From NCBI RefSeq assembly GCF_004010195.1, contig NC_057718.1:2831493-2895492 (forward strand): a stretch of DNA of 64,000 bases, read 5' to 3'. This stretch comes from Chiloscyllium plagiosum. Taxonomy: Eukaryota. Positions within the stretch are counted from its first letter, which is position 1, and each line of letters opens with the position of its first letter. This document shows positions 50,153 to 62,374 of this stretch, one piece after another. Both the position numbers and the translations under genes were made by a program. A model generated the notes under the pieces. That model did no database searches. It worked only from the letters and a program-made list of their open reading frames with translations, and was not told where the DNA came from.

Positions 50153-52633
50153 TAATGAGTGAAAATTTTTTGAAGTGTGGTCACTCTCATCAGAAAGAGA
50201 GGAACTGATTTAAACACATCAAGGTCACTGGGAGAACAATGCTGCTTTAGAATATAGGAACACAAGAAACAGGAGCAAGTGTAAAGCCGACAGCTTCTCA
50301 AAGCTGCTCCACCATTCAATACAATCCTGGTGGTTAATCCACTTGCCCACCTGCTCCTCATATTCCATAAATTCTTAGAGAGACCAGAGGTCTGTCCATT
50401 CCAACCTGAAATTCTCTCAATGATGGAACATTGTCAATTCTTTTGCAGGGAAAATTCCAAAGATTAACACCCCTTTGAGGAAAGAAATTTCTTCCAAAAA
50501 CATCATCTGTTCACCTGCTTGAGAAGACAGGGTTGCAGTTTGTCATCTCATTGACAGTGACATCTCACTGTACTGCACTGACAGAGCAGCCTGGCTGGTA
50601 TGATCAAATCTGAGGACTTGGCTTTCGATACAAAATCTCCAGTCTCAAAAACAAATGTACTTCCACTGAGCTGACTCTAATGAATGAAGGAGGCTGCTAA
50701 CATGGATCTGGTTCCAGGGAGAAAAATTCCTTTTGCACATTAGCAATAAATATTGTTAGAATGTAAAATAATTCTAAATAAGCCATCATTGTGTCCACAT
50801 TATAGGTCACAGTTTTTAAACATTTTTCTTTTTCCTGTTAGACATTTCAGCATTACAGTTAGCTTAAAGGTATGTTTTCTCTCTGACAAACTCAGGCTAA
50901 CTTTTTAAATTGTTTTTTAATGGCTTGGAGAGGAACTTGCAGATGATGGTGTTCCCACGTGCCTGCTGCCCTTGTCTTTCTTGTCAGAAAATTCATCGGA
51001 TTGTAGGTGCTGTCTGAGGACCTTTGGTGAATTTCTGCAGTGCATCTTATGGAAGGTACATCCTGCTGTTACTGAGGGTTAGTGGTGGAGGGAGTGAATG
51101 TGGTGCCAATCAAGCAACTGCTTTGTCCTGGATAGTGTGAACCTTCTTGAATGTTGTTGGGATGTTTAAGGAACTGTTGTGTTGAAGATCACATGGTCCA
51201 CACTGCAATGGGTGACAGTTCCTCACAATCTCTGCAAATGGACAGTGTTATCGTCTCTGTGCCTGTAACTGTATAACACCCAGCCCCTTGTCTATATTTT
51301 TCATTGAAAATAACATTTTTTTAATTATCAATGTTCAAATGGGATATGAATCTCTCTCTTTTTCACATTAAAAATATTTTGGATTGCCTTTATTTTAAAC
51401 TGTCTCCAAATGCTGTGTGTAATTTATTAAGTTGCAATGAGGCAGGTTTGATCAGACCAACATTAACACTCTCAAGGACAGCTTGAAAAACCCAGGTCAA
51501 AGGGAAGGTCACTCAGTGACCCTGAACAAGCCCCTCATCCAACTGAACGCAGAGCTAAAGGTGTTCTTGGTCCGGCTTTGGGGGGACAATGTCAGTGACT
51601 CCTCAAATTAGCATCTTCACCACTTTTTATCTGAGTGCATCTGGAACGTACTGTGCACATATTAACTGTTTAGAACATCCAACTATTTCAAATGTGCCTC
51701 TTTTACAACACCCTGCCACTGCATTGTATTTGAAGTTCGGTGGGACACAATAAATAAGGTGGACGGGTTCTGCCTATTTCTCCTAGCCCCTAATGGAGGA
51801 TGAGTTGTGAAGTACTTGCTTTGGGAGTTCCCTGTGTCCATTGTCACATGTCCCCTGATGATCCTTTCCCTCTTGTCCCTCTTCCCCAGTCCTGCCCACC
51901 AGCTGGGGCTCCAATCCCAGTTTAACTAAAATGCTTGGGTTCAGGATCAAGCCCGTACCCCATGGTCTCCCTCCCTGGGGCTGAGAAGTCAAATGGTAAA
52001 ATAAAATGAGAATGAGGCAGGAATCTGTCTCAGATGGAAAGAGCATATTTACCCAACAATCAATCCAGAACAGAAGGAGGCCCTTTGGCCCATTGCGATA
52101 ATGCTAGTTCCTCGATCGAGACGTCCAATAAGACCCACTGGTCAATTTCAGAAATCTCCCCTGTTTGTGAAACAGGAAACTGTAGTGAAACTCTACTCAG
52201 TTTTACATTTATTTACAGAGTGAGACAATAAAAGCACCGACCTCTGAACCCAATCCAATCAGTTTCAATACTCACTGTGTTTATGAACCTGTAATCGAGG
52301 CCCTACAAACCCTCACACCCTTTTGGTAGTGTGGTGTCATCCACATCCTTCTGATGGTATATTGACCAGAACTGTACACCATATTCCAAATGTGATCCAA
52401 CCAAAATCCAATCCAGCTGCAACATGAGCTGCAGCTCCATCCAACAGGCAGCTCTCCCCCATTCCCATCTCCCTTCATCCTGGTCAAGGATAAGGAATGG
52501 AAAGACCAAAGATGGTACAGCAGGTATAACAGGGTGGGAGGAAGGAATGGTGACTGACTACCTCCTTCCCCCATCACCCGTCAAAACACTGGAAATAAAG
52601 GAAGGGAAACAGATCTCCCGAATCCAGCAGAAC

Positions 52634-52709
52634 CTGTCTGAGAGGAAGCCGGGATTCTGTCAGTGATATGAAGCAACAGGCCCAGGCTGATCCAGGACAG
52701 AGCCAGCAT
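52634..52709 (-). CDS. Candidate signal-peptide exon MLALSWISLGLLLHITDRIPASSQT(G)
   Basis: ATG, hydrophobic core and phase-1 donor AG|GTTCTG (weak); ETS-type CAGGAAGTG about 140 bp upstream (52847-52855). No downstream exon found. Confidence 0.4.
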
Positions 52710-53474
52710 TTCCTCAAGGACATCTGGAGAGAGATTCCAGTCAGATGGTTGTCTAACTCCCGTATCCTGCTGACACATTGATACTCGCCGTCACACTCAG
52801 CTGTCTTATTACACGACCCCACCTGTCCATTAGCTGCTGGAGGTTTCAGGAAGTGAGTGAGTCAAGAGGTCAAGGGTCAGACAGGAAAATGAAGGGAGAG
52901 CACAATCCTATCAGCTGCATGGGATAGCAGGCTAGATGGGGCTGAATGATCCACTCCTCCTCTGATATTCCTGTGTTTGAAAAATGAGGCTAACAATTCG
53001 GAAAAAAACTGGCAAACTGCACGAACTGGCAAGATTAAAATATCAATCACACTGAGGGCCAAGCAATGTCTAAGTGGAATTATCACGAGACGATTAAACC
53101 AGAGATCCAGGCAACATTCTGGGGATGTTCCAAATTTAATGATCAAACTGTCAATCATTCTTTTTCCCAACAATGTGACAAATGTCTCCAATTTAAGGCA
53201 TGACTTGCCTCATCCTGGTCAAGCTCAGCTCTGCCTGGGGCTGTCCATTGACCCATTGCTGGCTGCTAACTGGGGAATCCCAATAACCAGAGCCAGTGCT
53301 GAGGAAGAAAGACTGAGATACCAAATCAGGATGGACTGGGACTTGGAGGGAACTCACAATTCAAGCTGTTCCCACAATGTCCCTGCTGTTGTTCTGCACA
53401 ATGTTAGAGGGAGCAGCAGAGGGCAATGTGCTCCAAATAATCTCAGTGAGAGTGTGCACTGCCTCCTGAACCTT

Positions 53475-53790
53475 TAGATTACTTTAGATTACTTACAGTG
53501 TGGAAACAGGCCCTTCGGCCCAACAAGTCCACACCGACCCTCTGAAGAGCAACCCACCCAGACCCATTCTCCTACATTTACCCCTTCACCTGACACTATG
53601 GGCAATTTAGCATGGACAATTCACCTAACCTGCACATCTTCGGACTGTGGCAGGAAACCGGCAGAGCACCCGGAAGAAACCCACACAGACACGGGGAGAT
53701 TGTGCAAACTCCACAGACAGTTGCCCGAGTCAGGAATTGAACCCAGATCTCTGGCGCTGTGAGGCAGCAGAGCTAACCACTGTGCCACCT
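53475..53790 (-). mobile_element. HE1-type SINE
   Basis: tRNA-like head (A and B boxes) at about 53730-53790 on the minus strand; LINE-derived tail at 53475. Confidence 0.85.
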
Positions 53791-53817
53791 TCCACCCCCA
53801 TGCTGAGCTGCTGCACT

Positions 53818-54256
53818 GTCTGAGTGCCCAGTAATCTCAGGGTCTGTGAGTGTCTAGCTGCCCAGTAATCTCAGGGTCTGGGAGAGTCTGAGAGTCCAGT
53901 AATCTTAGGGTCTGGGAGGGCGTGTGTACCCAGTAATCTCAGGGTCTGGAAGGGTCCGAGTGCCCAGTAATCTCAGGGTCTGGTAGGGTCTGAGTGCCCA
54001 GTAATTGCAGGGTCTGGGAGTGTCAGAGCATGCAGTAGTCTCAGGATCTGGCAGAGTCTTACTGTCCAGTAAACTCAGGGTCTGGGAGGGTGAGTGCCCA
54101 GTAATCTCAGGGTCTGGGAGGGTCTGAGTGCCCAGTAAACTCAGGGTCTGGGAGGGTCTGAGTGCCCAGTAATCTCAGGGTCTGGTAGGGTCTGAGTGTC
54201 CAATAATCTTAGGGTCTGGTAGGGTCTGAGTGCCCAGTAATCGCAGGGACTGGGAA
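53818..54256. repeat. Minisatellite, ~34-bp unit GAGTGCCCAGTAATCTCAGGGTCTGGGAGGGTCT, about 13 copies
   Basis: Directly visible tandem array. Confidence 0.92.
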
Positions 54257-54391
54257 TATATAGACATGAGACATTTGTTAGTGAGGAAACCTGAATCTGG
54301 GTGAATGTGAAGTTGAAGCTGAGATGAGTCTGTTCGATTGAGCTGTTTTTTGACAGCTCCTTGCTGCAGAGTGAAAGGGTCTTGTTGAACT

Positions 54392-54514
54392 TCAGTTTCT
54401 TGCCCATTTTATAACTGCGTACTCCGAGATCCTTTCAGCAGCTGTCACTGTCGGCTGGCTGCATTCTTGTCGGTGAGAGTGAACCTCAGCATAATGACAT
54501 TCCCCTTCAGCCAG
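54392..54514 (-). CDS. Terminal cytoplasmic exon of a putative inhibitory immune receptor with ITIM/ITSM-like motifs: LAEGECHYAEVHSHRQECSQPTVTAAERISEYAVIKWARN*
   Basis: Minus-strand acceptor ttgtatttgattccag|CTG, phase 0, 40 codons then TGA. Motifs CHYAEV and SEYAVI, with tyrosines 24 residues apart. Upstream exons not identified. Confidence 0.62.
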   Translation of the reverse strand: MAEGECHYAEVHSHRQECSQPTVTAAERISEYAVIKWARN

Positions 54515-54853
54515 CTGGAATCAAATACAAACATCACTCAGTATTTTTCTCACAGACACCAGGAGGTGCTCATTTGTACACAGCAAGATCACAGCAGCAG
54601 CAGTGCTGAGCAGATGGTCTGCTTTGGTGAATGTTGGGGAATGGACACACATCACCCAGGGAGTTCAGCAGAATATCTCTGCTCTCTGCCAAAGTAATGT
54701 CCGGGAATGTATTACATCCATCCAAGGCAGCAGAGAGGATCCAGATTTCACTCCTCGCCCAAAAAAGGGGCAGCTTTTACAGAGCAGTACTTCCTCAGTA
54801 CTGCCCTGAAGGGTCAGCCCAAATTCTGTGCCCAAATCTGTGCACTGAGTCTT

Positions 54854-55860
54854 GAACATAGAACATAGAACATTACAGCGCAGTACAGGCCCTTCGGCCC
54901 TCGATGTTGTGCTGACCTGTCATACCAATGTGAAGCCCATCTAACCTACACTATTCCATGTACGTCCATATGCTTGTCCAATGACGATTTAAATGTACTT
55001 AAAGTTGGCGAATCTGCTACCATTGCAGGCAAAGCATTCCATACCCTTACTACTCTCTGAGTAAAGAAACTACCTCTGACATCTGTCCTATATCTATCAC
55101 CCTTAAATTTAAAGCTATGCCCCCTCATGCTTGGCGTCACCATTCTTGGAAAAAAGCTCTCCTTGTCCACCCTATCTAACCCTCTGATTATCTTATATGT
55201 CTCTATTAAGTCACCTCTCAACCTTCTTCTCTCTAACGAAAACAGCCTCAAGTCCCTCAGCCTTTCCTCGTAAGACCTTCCCTCCATACCAGGCAACATC
55301 CNNNNNNNNNNNNNNNNNNNNNNNNNNNNNNNNNNNNNNNNNNNNNNNNNNNNNNNNNNNNNNNNNNNNNNNNNNNNNNNNNNNNNNNNNNNNNNNNNNN
55401 NNNNNNNNNNNNNNNNTAACCCACCCTTCTACGCCCTCATCCAGGTTGTTTATAAAAATGATGAACAGCAGTGGACCCAACACCGACCCTTGCGGTACAC
55501 CACTAGTAACTGGACTCCAGGATGAACATTTCCCATCAACCACCACCCTCTGTCTTCTTTCAGCAAGCCAATTACTGATCCAAACTGCTATATCTCCCAC
55601 AATCCCATTCCTCCGCATTTTGTACAAAAGCCTTCTGTGGGGAACCTTATCGAACGCCTTGCTGAAATTTATACACCACATTAACTGGTTTACTCTCATC
55701 TACCTGTTTGGTTACCTTCTCAAAGAACTCAATAATTTTGTGATGCACGACCTTCCCTTCACAAAACCGTGCTGACTATCCCTAATCAAATTATTATTTT
55801 CTAGATGATTATAGATCCTATCTCTTATACCCTTTTCCAACACTTTACCAACAACTGAAG
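54854..55860 (-). mobile_element. CR1-type LINE 3' portion with assembly gap 55302-55416
   Basis: [10 protein letters not shown] and PQGSVLGP motifs; GAACATA tail. Confidence 0.88.
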
Positions 55861-56071
55861 TGAATCAACATTTATCTGACCTTAGGTTCTGAGCAAGGTC
55901 ACCGGACCCGAAACTTTAACTCTGATTTCTCTTCACAGATGCTGCCAGACCTGCTGAGCTTTTCCAGCAACTTCTGTTTTTGTTTCGCTTTGAAAAATCT
56001 TGTTTTCTTGAAATAATTAATGACACTGATTTACTCTTACAATTTGTCCTTTCTTTATAACTCTAATCCTA

Positions 56072-56369
56072 GAGGGTCACATTGCCCAATTATGAGGAAC
56101 ACACTATGAGGAACGTTGCAGTGACACACACTGATGTTCACTGGTACTGGGAGCAACCAGGGAATAACACGGAGTGGTTTTTAGCACAAGGTGAGAAAAC
56201 ATCACACAATGGAGCCCAGGATTCACTGAGCGATGTCAGTCTTCCAGAGACTACTCCAATAACAGCTTCATTCTGACCATCACTAACATGCAGCCCAGTG
56301 ACACTGGGGTCTATTACTGTAAAGTGTGGGGAAATATCAGTGGGGATGGAACCCAGCTGACTGTAACAG
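56072..56369 (+). pseudogene. V6: pseudo-exon paralogous to V4
   Basis: Compared with V4, the splice acceptor and first ~17 codons are missing. The B-strand Cys region is replaced by a TATGAGGAAC duplication containing TGA, and there is a frameshift after WFLAQ. The 3' half is intact (DTGVYYCKVWGNISGDGTQLTVT, G|GTAAGT). Confidence 0.85.
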
Positions 56370-57142
56370 GTAAGTCTTTTTTACCTTAGAATAATCTGAT
56401 ACAGTAACCATTTCCACATGGATTTATTGGAGAGGAGAATGTGTTAAATTCCTCTGGTAAAGAGAAAGCAGAGAGCTCGATATAAACATAGAACAGTTAC
56501 CTTCTCTTCTTTTACTCAGAGATAGAATAAATGGTTTCCCCTCTGGAACCATTTCCTCATTCTCAAACTCTCTCACTTCTCTCTGTCTTTCCGTGTCTCC
56601 ACCCAGTTGTTCTCAGTATTTAACACTGTTTAACACAGTATTTAACATTCTCCTGTATGTGTCTGGTTTTGTTTAATTCATTCTTGGGACGTGGCTATCA
56701 CTGGCTGGGCTGGTACTTGTTGTCCATCTTGAATGGCCCTTGAGAAGAAATGTCTTCACCCAGAGAGTGGTGATAATAAATCTAATTCAATTCAATACAA
56801 CTCCCCATGCACCACTGTTATCACCTCTCCATTTATCCTCACTGTCTTTTCAATCAGGCAAAAATAAACAAGTAATTTGTTTAATTACTTTAATTTCTAT
56901 TGATCAGGTTTGTGACATTAATCATTGTCAAGTATCAGTTACTGATTTCCACCAGGAGCGTTATGCCACTCCTAAAGTAAAGCTTGTTGTCCATGTTCTG
57001 CACACAGACTAATAAAGCCCCCAGGACAGGTGAACATATATAGTAAATATACAGTCTGCGGTTAATCATGAACACCTATTTGGCTGCACAGTTACCTTTG
57101 TCCCTCTTCCAGATATAAGCCTGTAGCTGCTTCCAGTCTTCA

Positions 57143-57174
57143 CACAGTGCTGAATGAACCCTTCAGCAAAACTC
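57143..57174 (+). other. RSS-like motif, second copy: CACAGTG, 16-nt spacer, GCAAAACTC
   Basis: Same position relative to V6 as the first copy is to V4; the nonamer is more degenerate. Confidence 0.25.
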
Positions 57175-57278
57175 CAAATAAGCAGCTCCAGCATAATTCT
57201 GCATTGACCTGCATTAGATTTACCTGCATTGTAGTTCCCATGTCAATTGTAAACTATCTTTAGAACATTGCTTACATT

Positions 57279-58320
57279 GCTGTGGTTCTGTTCACCGAGC
57301 TGGAAGTTTTTGTTGCAAACGTTTCATCCCCTGGCTAGGCGACATCATCAGTGCTTGGGAGCCTCCTGCAAAGCGCTTCTTTGATGTTTCCTCCGGTGTT
57401 TATAGTGGTCTGTCCCTGCCGCTTCCGGTTGAAGACAGGAAGGCAGCTAACAATCCGCATACATGAACATCAACTAGCCACGAAACAACATGACCAGCTA
57501 TCCTTANNNNNNNNNNNNNNNNNNNNNNNNNNNNNNNNNNNNNNNNNNNNNNNNNNNNNNNNNNNNNNNNNNNNNNNNNNNNNNNNNNNNNNNNNNNNNN
57601 NNNNNNNNNNNNNNNNNNNNNNNNNNNNNNNNNNNNNNNNNNNNNNNNNNNNNNNNNNNNNNNNNNNNNNNNNNNNNNNNNNNNNNNNNNNNNNNNNNNN
57701 NNNNNNNNNNNNNNNNNNNNNNNNNNNNNNNNNNNNNNNNNNNNNNNNNNNNNNNNNNNNNNNNNNNNNNNNNNNNNNNNNNNNNNNNNNNNNCTCTAGG
57801 AGTTCCCTGGCTGTTCTCTGTCTGGCTTGCCCTATGTTAGTAGTGTTGTCCCAGTCGAATTCATGTTGCTTGTTGTCTGCGTGTGTGGCTACTGAGGATA
57901 GCTGGTCGTGTCGTTTCGTGGCTATCGAAACGACACGACCAGCTATCCTTGGTAGCCACACATGCAGACAACAAGCAACATGAATTCGACTGGGACAACA
58001 CTACTATCATAGGGCAAGCCAGACAGAGAACAGCCAGGGAATTCCTAGAGGCATGGCATTCATCCACAAACTCCATCAACAAACACATCGACCTGGACCC
58101 AATATACCAACCACTACAGCGGACTGACAACCGGAAGCGGCAGGGACAGACCACTATAAACACTGGAGGAAACATCAAAGAAGCGCTTCGCAGGAGGCTC
58201 CCAAGCACTGATGATGTCGCCTAGCCAGGGGACGAAACGTTTGCAACAAAAACTTCCAGCTCGACGAGCAGAACCACAGCAACGAGCACCCGAGCTACAA
58301 ATCTTCGCATAAACTTTGAA
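57279..58320. mobile_element. Penelope-like element of a second family with inverted termini; contains an assembly gap
   Basis: GIY-YIG C-terminal peptide KTGRQLTIRIHEH...HEFDWDNTTIIGQARQRTAREFLEAWHS. About 57279-57430 is the reverse complement of about 58130-58283. Hammerhead core at 58208-58238. Confidence 0.85.
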
Positions 58321-58867
58321 TAGCTTACATTATCAGAGAAGCGTTTTTGATAATTTTTTTTATTGTAGCCTGTTTATAACATGAGACTAATTGAAAACAA
58401 AATGCTGAAAGATGAAAGTTTCCATACAATTTCATCAGGACTCTCAGAAGGTTTTCCCAGGATCTTTCAGTGTTACAGTATCTCAGACCCTCCTGGATTC
58501 TGCTCTGAGATTTATGTATTTGGCTTAGTGACTACAGAATTTATCAATCTGAGCTGTTCAGCAAGGGGGAGACCAAACATGATTCTTCACTCAGTTCCTG
58601 TTCCTTAATGAGAGGTCTTTTTTTTTCTATTCAAACTCTGTCTGTGTCTGTTTTACTTTCCCATAAATAACCCCAGTCACTACTGGATTTATCATGGATT
58701 TCTACACTGATAGAATTATAGAGTCATAGAGTTATACAGCACAGAAACAGACCCTTTGGTTCAACTTATGTATACCACCCAGATCTTCTAGCCTAATCTA
58801 GTTCCATTTGCCAGCACTTGGCCTATATCCCTCTAAACCCGTCCTATTCATATATCCATCCAGATGC

Positions 58868-59158
58868 TTTTTAAATGCTGTAACTATATCAGGCTCCAAC
58901 AATTCCTCTGGCAGCTCATTCCATACATGCACCACCCTCTGCATGAAAATGTTGCCCGTTAGATCCCTTTTATATCTTTCCCCTCTCATTCTAAACCTAT
59001 ACCCTCTAGCTGTTTTTTAAATGCTGTAACTATATCAGGCTCCAACAATTCCTCTGGCAGCTCATTCCAGCTCATGCACCACCCTCTGCATGAAAATGTT
59101 GCCCGTTAGATCCCTTTTATATCTTTCCCCTCTCATTCTAAACCTATACCCTCTAGCT
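58868..59158. repeat. Near-perfect ~146-bp tandem duplication inside a CR1 3' fragment
   Basis: tttttaaatgctgtaactatatcagg...ccctctagct occurs twice in a row. Confidence 0.85.
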
Positions 59159-59611
59159 CTGGACTCGCCTAGCCCAGGTAAAAGCCTTGTCTATTTACCC
59201 TATCCATGCCCCTCATGATTTTATGAACCTATATATGGTCACCCGTCAGCCTCCGACGCTCAAGGGAAAACAGCCCCAGCCTATTCGACCTCTAGCTAAA
59301 ATCCTCCAAACCTGGCAACATTTTTATAAATCTTTTCCGAACCCTTTCAAGTTTCATAACATCCTTATCATTGAGATTAATATGATTTCGATTGAGCCCT
59401 AGATAACAGTGAGAATTTTTGTAAAAGAATGTGCTTCTGCTCTGTTATGATCACAATTGATTTTGATGTGCATGTTGGTCTTTAAATGATTTCATACATC
59501 ATCAAACCAAATTGTAAAGAGGTGAATGTTGAACACATTCTCTCTGACTAAAGGATTTAAAGTTGAAACCTTTGGGTTTTTGATTGGCCACTGAACATTG
59601 CATATTACTTG

Positions 59612-60640
59612 AATAATATTGGAGGGCATTGTCCATCTCCTCCATTTCCTGCACCTCTGCCCTTAAACCCCGCCCCTCCAAAAGCAACAGGGATAGAATC
59701 CACCTGGTCCTCACTTTCCACCCTACTAATCTCCAGATACCATGGATTATCCTCCACCATTTCCCCACTTGTAGTCAGACCCCACCACCAAGGATATATT
59801 TCCCTCCCCACCCTTATCTAGGTTCCACAGAGACCATTCCCTGCATGACTCCCTTGTTAGGACCAGGTACCCCCTCCAACCCACTCTCTACTGTGGCACC
59901 CTCCCCTGCTGCAGCAGGAGGTGTAAAATCTGCAGCCACACTTCACCCCCCCAACCCCCTCACCTTCATCCAAGGTCCCAAAGAATCCTTCCACATCTGG
60001 CAGACATTTTCCTGTGCATCCACCCACCTCATCCATTGTGTCTGTTGCTTTCGATGTTGTCTCCTCTATATTGGAGAAACAGGATGCCAATTCGCAGAGT
60101 GCTTCAGAGGACATCTCTGGGACACATACACCTAACAACCCATTGCCCTGTGGCCAACCACTTCAACTCCCCTTCCAGCTGCCCAAAGGACATGCTAGTC
60201 CTGGACCTTTTCCACTGTCAAATCAAAGCCACCTGCCAATGGAAGGAAGAACGCCTCATCTTGAAGCTTTGGGACCCTTCAACCACACGGCATCAATATC
60301 GATATCACCAGTTTCCAAATCTCTCCCTTCCTCCCTCCACCTCATTCCAGATTCAAACCTCAAATTTGGCACTGCCCTCAACCTTTCCCGCATGTCCATT
60401 TTCCCTCCCACCTGTCTGCTCCACCCTCCCCACTGACCTATCACAAGTATCCCCCACCTGTGCCCACCGATCACTTTTCCACCTATCTTCCCCCTAACCC
60501 CACTCCCACCCTGCTATTTATCTCTCAACCCCCCTCCCCCTCCATGCTCCTGATGAAGGGTTAATGCCTGAAACGTCAACTCCCCTGTACCTTCTGCCTG
60601 ACCTGCTGTACTTTTCTAGTGCCATTCTTTTTGACTCTAC
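59612..60640 (+). mobile_element. Penelope-like element fragment (same family as 16186-17624)
   Basis: Peptides NRDRIHLVLTFHPTNL and CFRCCLLYIGETG...FRGH; terminal repeat with CTGATGA...GAAAC at 60550-60574. Confidence 0.8.
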
Positions 60641-60819
60641 ATCCAGGCTAATTGTAACAGTCTCAAGGTGTTTACTTTTTTTAACAAAATTGTGAATCTT
60701 ACCTGCTCCTCATTAGTCATAAATTTATACAGTGGGGAAATGGATCCTTACGTCTAACTCATACATGCTGACCAGATATCCTTCACAGGTCAAGTCTTAT
60801 AGGGTGGACAATGGCTCAG

Positions 60820-61120
60820 TGGTTAGCACTGCTGCCTCATGGCGCCAGGGACCCAGGTTCAATTCCAGCCTCAGGTGACTGTCTGTGAGGAGTTTGCACA
60901 TTCTCCGTGTTTGCATGGGTTTCCTCTAGGTGCTCTGGTTTCCTCCCACAATCCAAAGATGTACAGGTCAGGTGAATTGGCCATGCTAAATTGCCCATAG
61001 TGTTTGTCAGGGGTTAACTTAGGGTAGCAAAATGGATCCGAATGGGTTAGTCTTCAGAGGGTTGGTGTGGACCTGTTGGGCTGAAGGGCCTGTTTACATA
61101 TTGTGTGGAATCTAATCTAT
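60820..61120 (+). mobile_element. HE1-type SINE
   Basis: TGGCTCAGTGGTTAGCACTGCTGCCTC...GGTTCAATTCC head and LINE-derived tail. Confidence 0.85.
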
Positions 61121-62374
61121 TTGGCAGAATTTAGCCAACATCCCCTTATATACCCCCTATTCATACACCCTTTCTGGCTTCTCATTCCATACATACATCA
61201 CACTTTATATGAAAATGTTGCCCCTTAAGTCCCTTTTGAAACTTTCCCCTCTTACTTTAAACCAATTTTTGGACTCATGTACCCTGAGAAAAAAGACCTT
61301 GTCTATTCACTCTATCCATGCCCTCGTGATTTTATAAACTTCAGTAAGTTCAGCTCTCAGCCTCTGATGATGAACATGATGCAATCATCAGTCAACACCC
61401 ATTTCTGACCTTATTATGGAGGAAGGTAATTGATGAAGCAGCTGAAGATGGTTGGGCCAAGGATACTAACCTGAGGATCTCCTGCAGAGATGTCCTGTTG
61501 CTGAAATGACAGACCTCAAACAACCACAACCATTTTCCTATGTGCCAGGTAGGACTCCAACCAGTGGAGAATTTGCACCCTGATACCAATTAATTGTAGT
61601 TTTGCTAGGGATCCTTGATGCCACATTCAGTCAAATGCAGCCTTGATATCAAGGACTGTCACCTCTGGAATTCAGCTCTTTTCTCCGTGTTTGAACCCAG
61701 GCTGTGATGAGGTCAGGAGCTGAGTGGCCTTGATGGAACCCAAACTGTGCACCACTGAGCAGGTTATTGTTGAGCTATTGAGGTCACCTGTCATCATTAT
61801 ATACTGATAATCAAGAGTGGATATATGGGGCAGCATTAGCTGTGTTGTGTTTGCCCTTTTTATGCACATACCTGGTCAATTTTTCACATTGTCAGATCGA
61901 TGCCAGTATTGTGACTGCATTGGAAGAGCTTGGCAAGGGGAGCGGGCAAGTTCTGGAACACAAGTCTGAAGCAGTATTGCTGGAATGTTGTCAGGGCCCA
62001 GCCTTTGAAGTATCCGGTGCCTCCAACCAATTTTTGATGTCATGTGAAGTGAATTGAATTAGCTAAAGACTATATCTGTAATGCTGGGGACCACTGGAGA
62101 AGGCTGAAATGGATCATTCACTTGGCATGTCTGGTTGAAGGTTGCTACGAATTCTTCAGCCTTATCTTTTGCACTGGTGTACTGGGCTTTTCTATCATTG
62201 AGGATGGCGGTAATTGTGGAGCCTCATTCTCCAGACAGTTGTTTAATTGTTCATCATTATTCAGAACCACACGAGGAAGGACTACAGAGGTTTAATCTGA
62301 TCCACTGTTTGTAGGCTTCCTAAACGCTGTCTATCATTTTCTGCTTATGCTGTTTGTAGCAACATCAGATTGAT

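Noticed and set aside
51490-51610. V-like start PGQREGHSVTLN on the + strand
   Set aside because: No B-strand Cys, no correctly placed Trp, and an early stop.
53818-54256. CRISPR-like array
   Set aside because: Vertebrate DNA; the units are head-to-tail without unique spacers, so it is a minisatellite.
57800-57990. Perfect palindrome centred near 57925 as a functional hairpin
   Set aside because: It is the inversion junction of a Penelope-like element next to an assembly gap (57507-57793); expected for this element class or an artefact.
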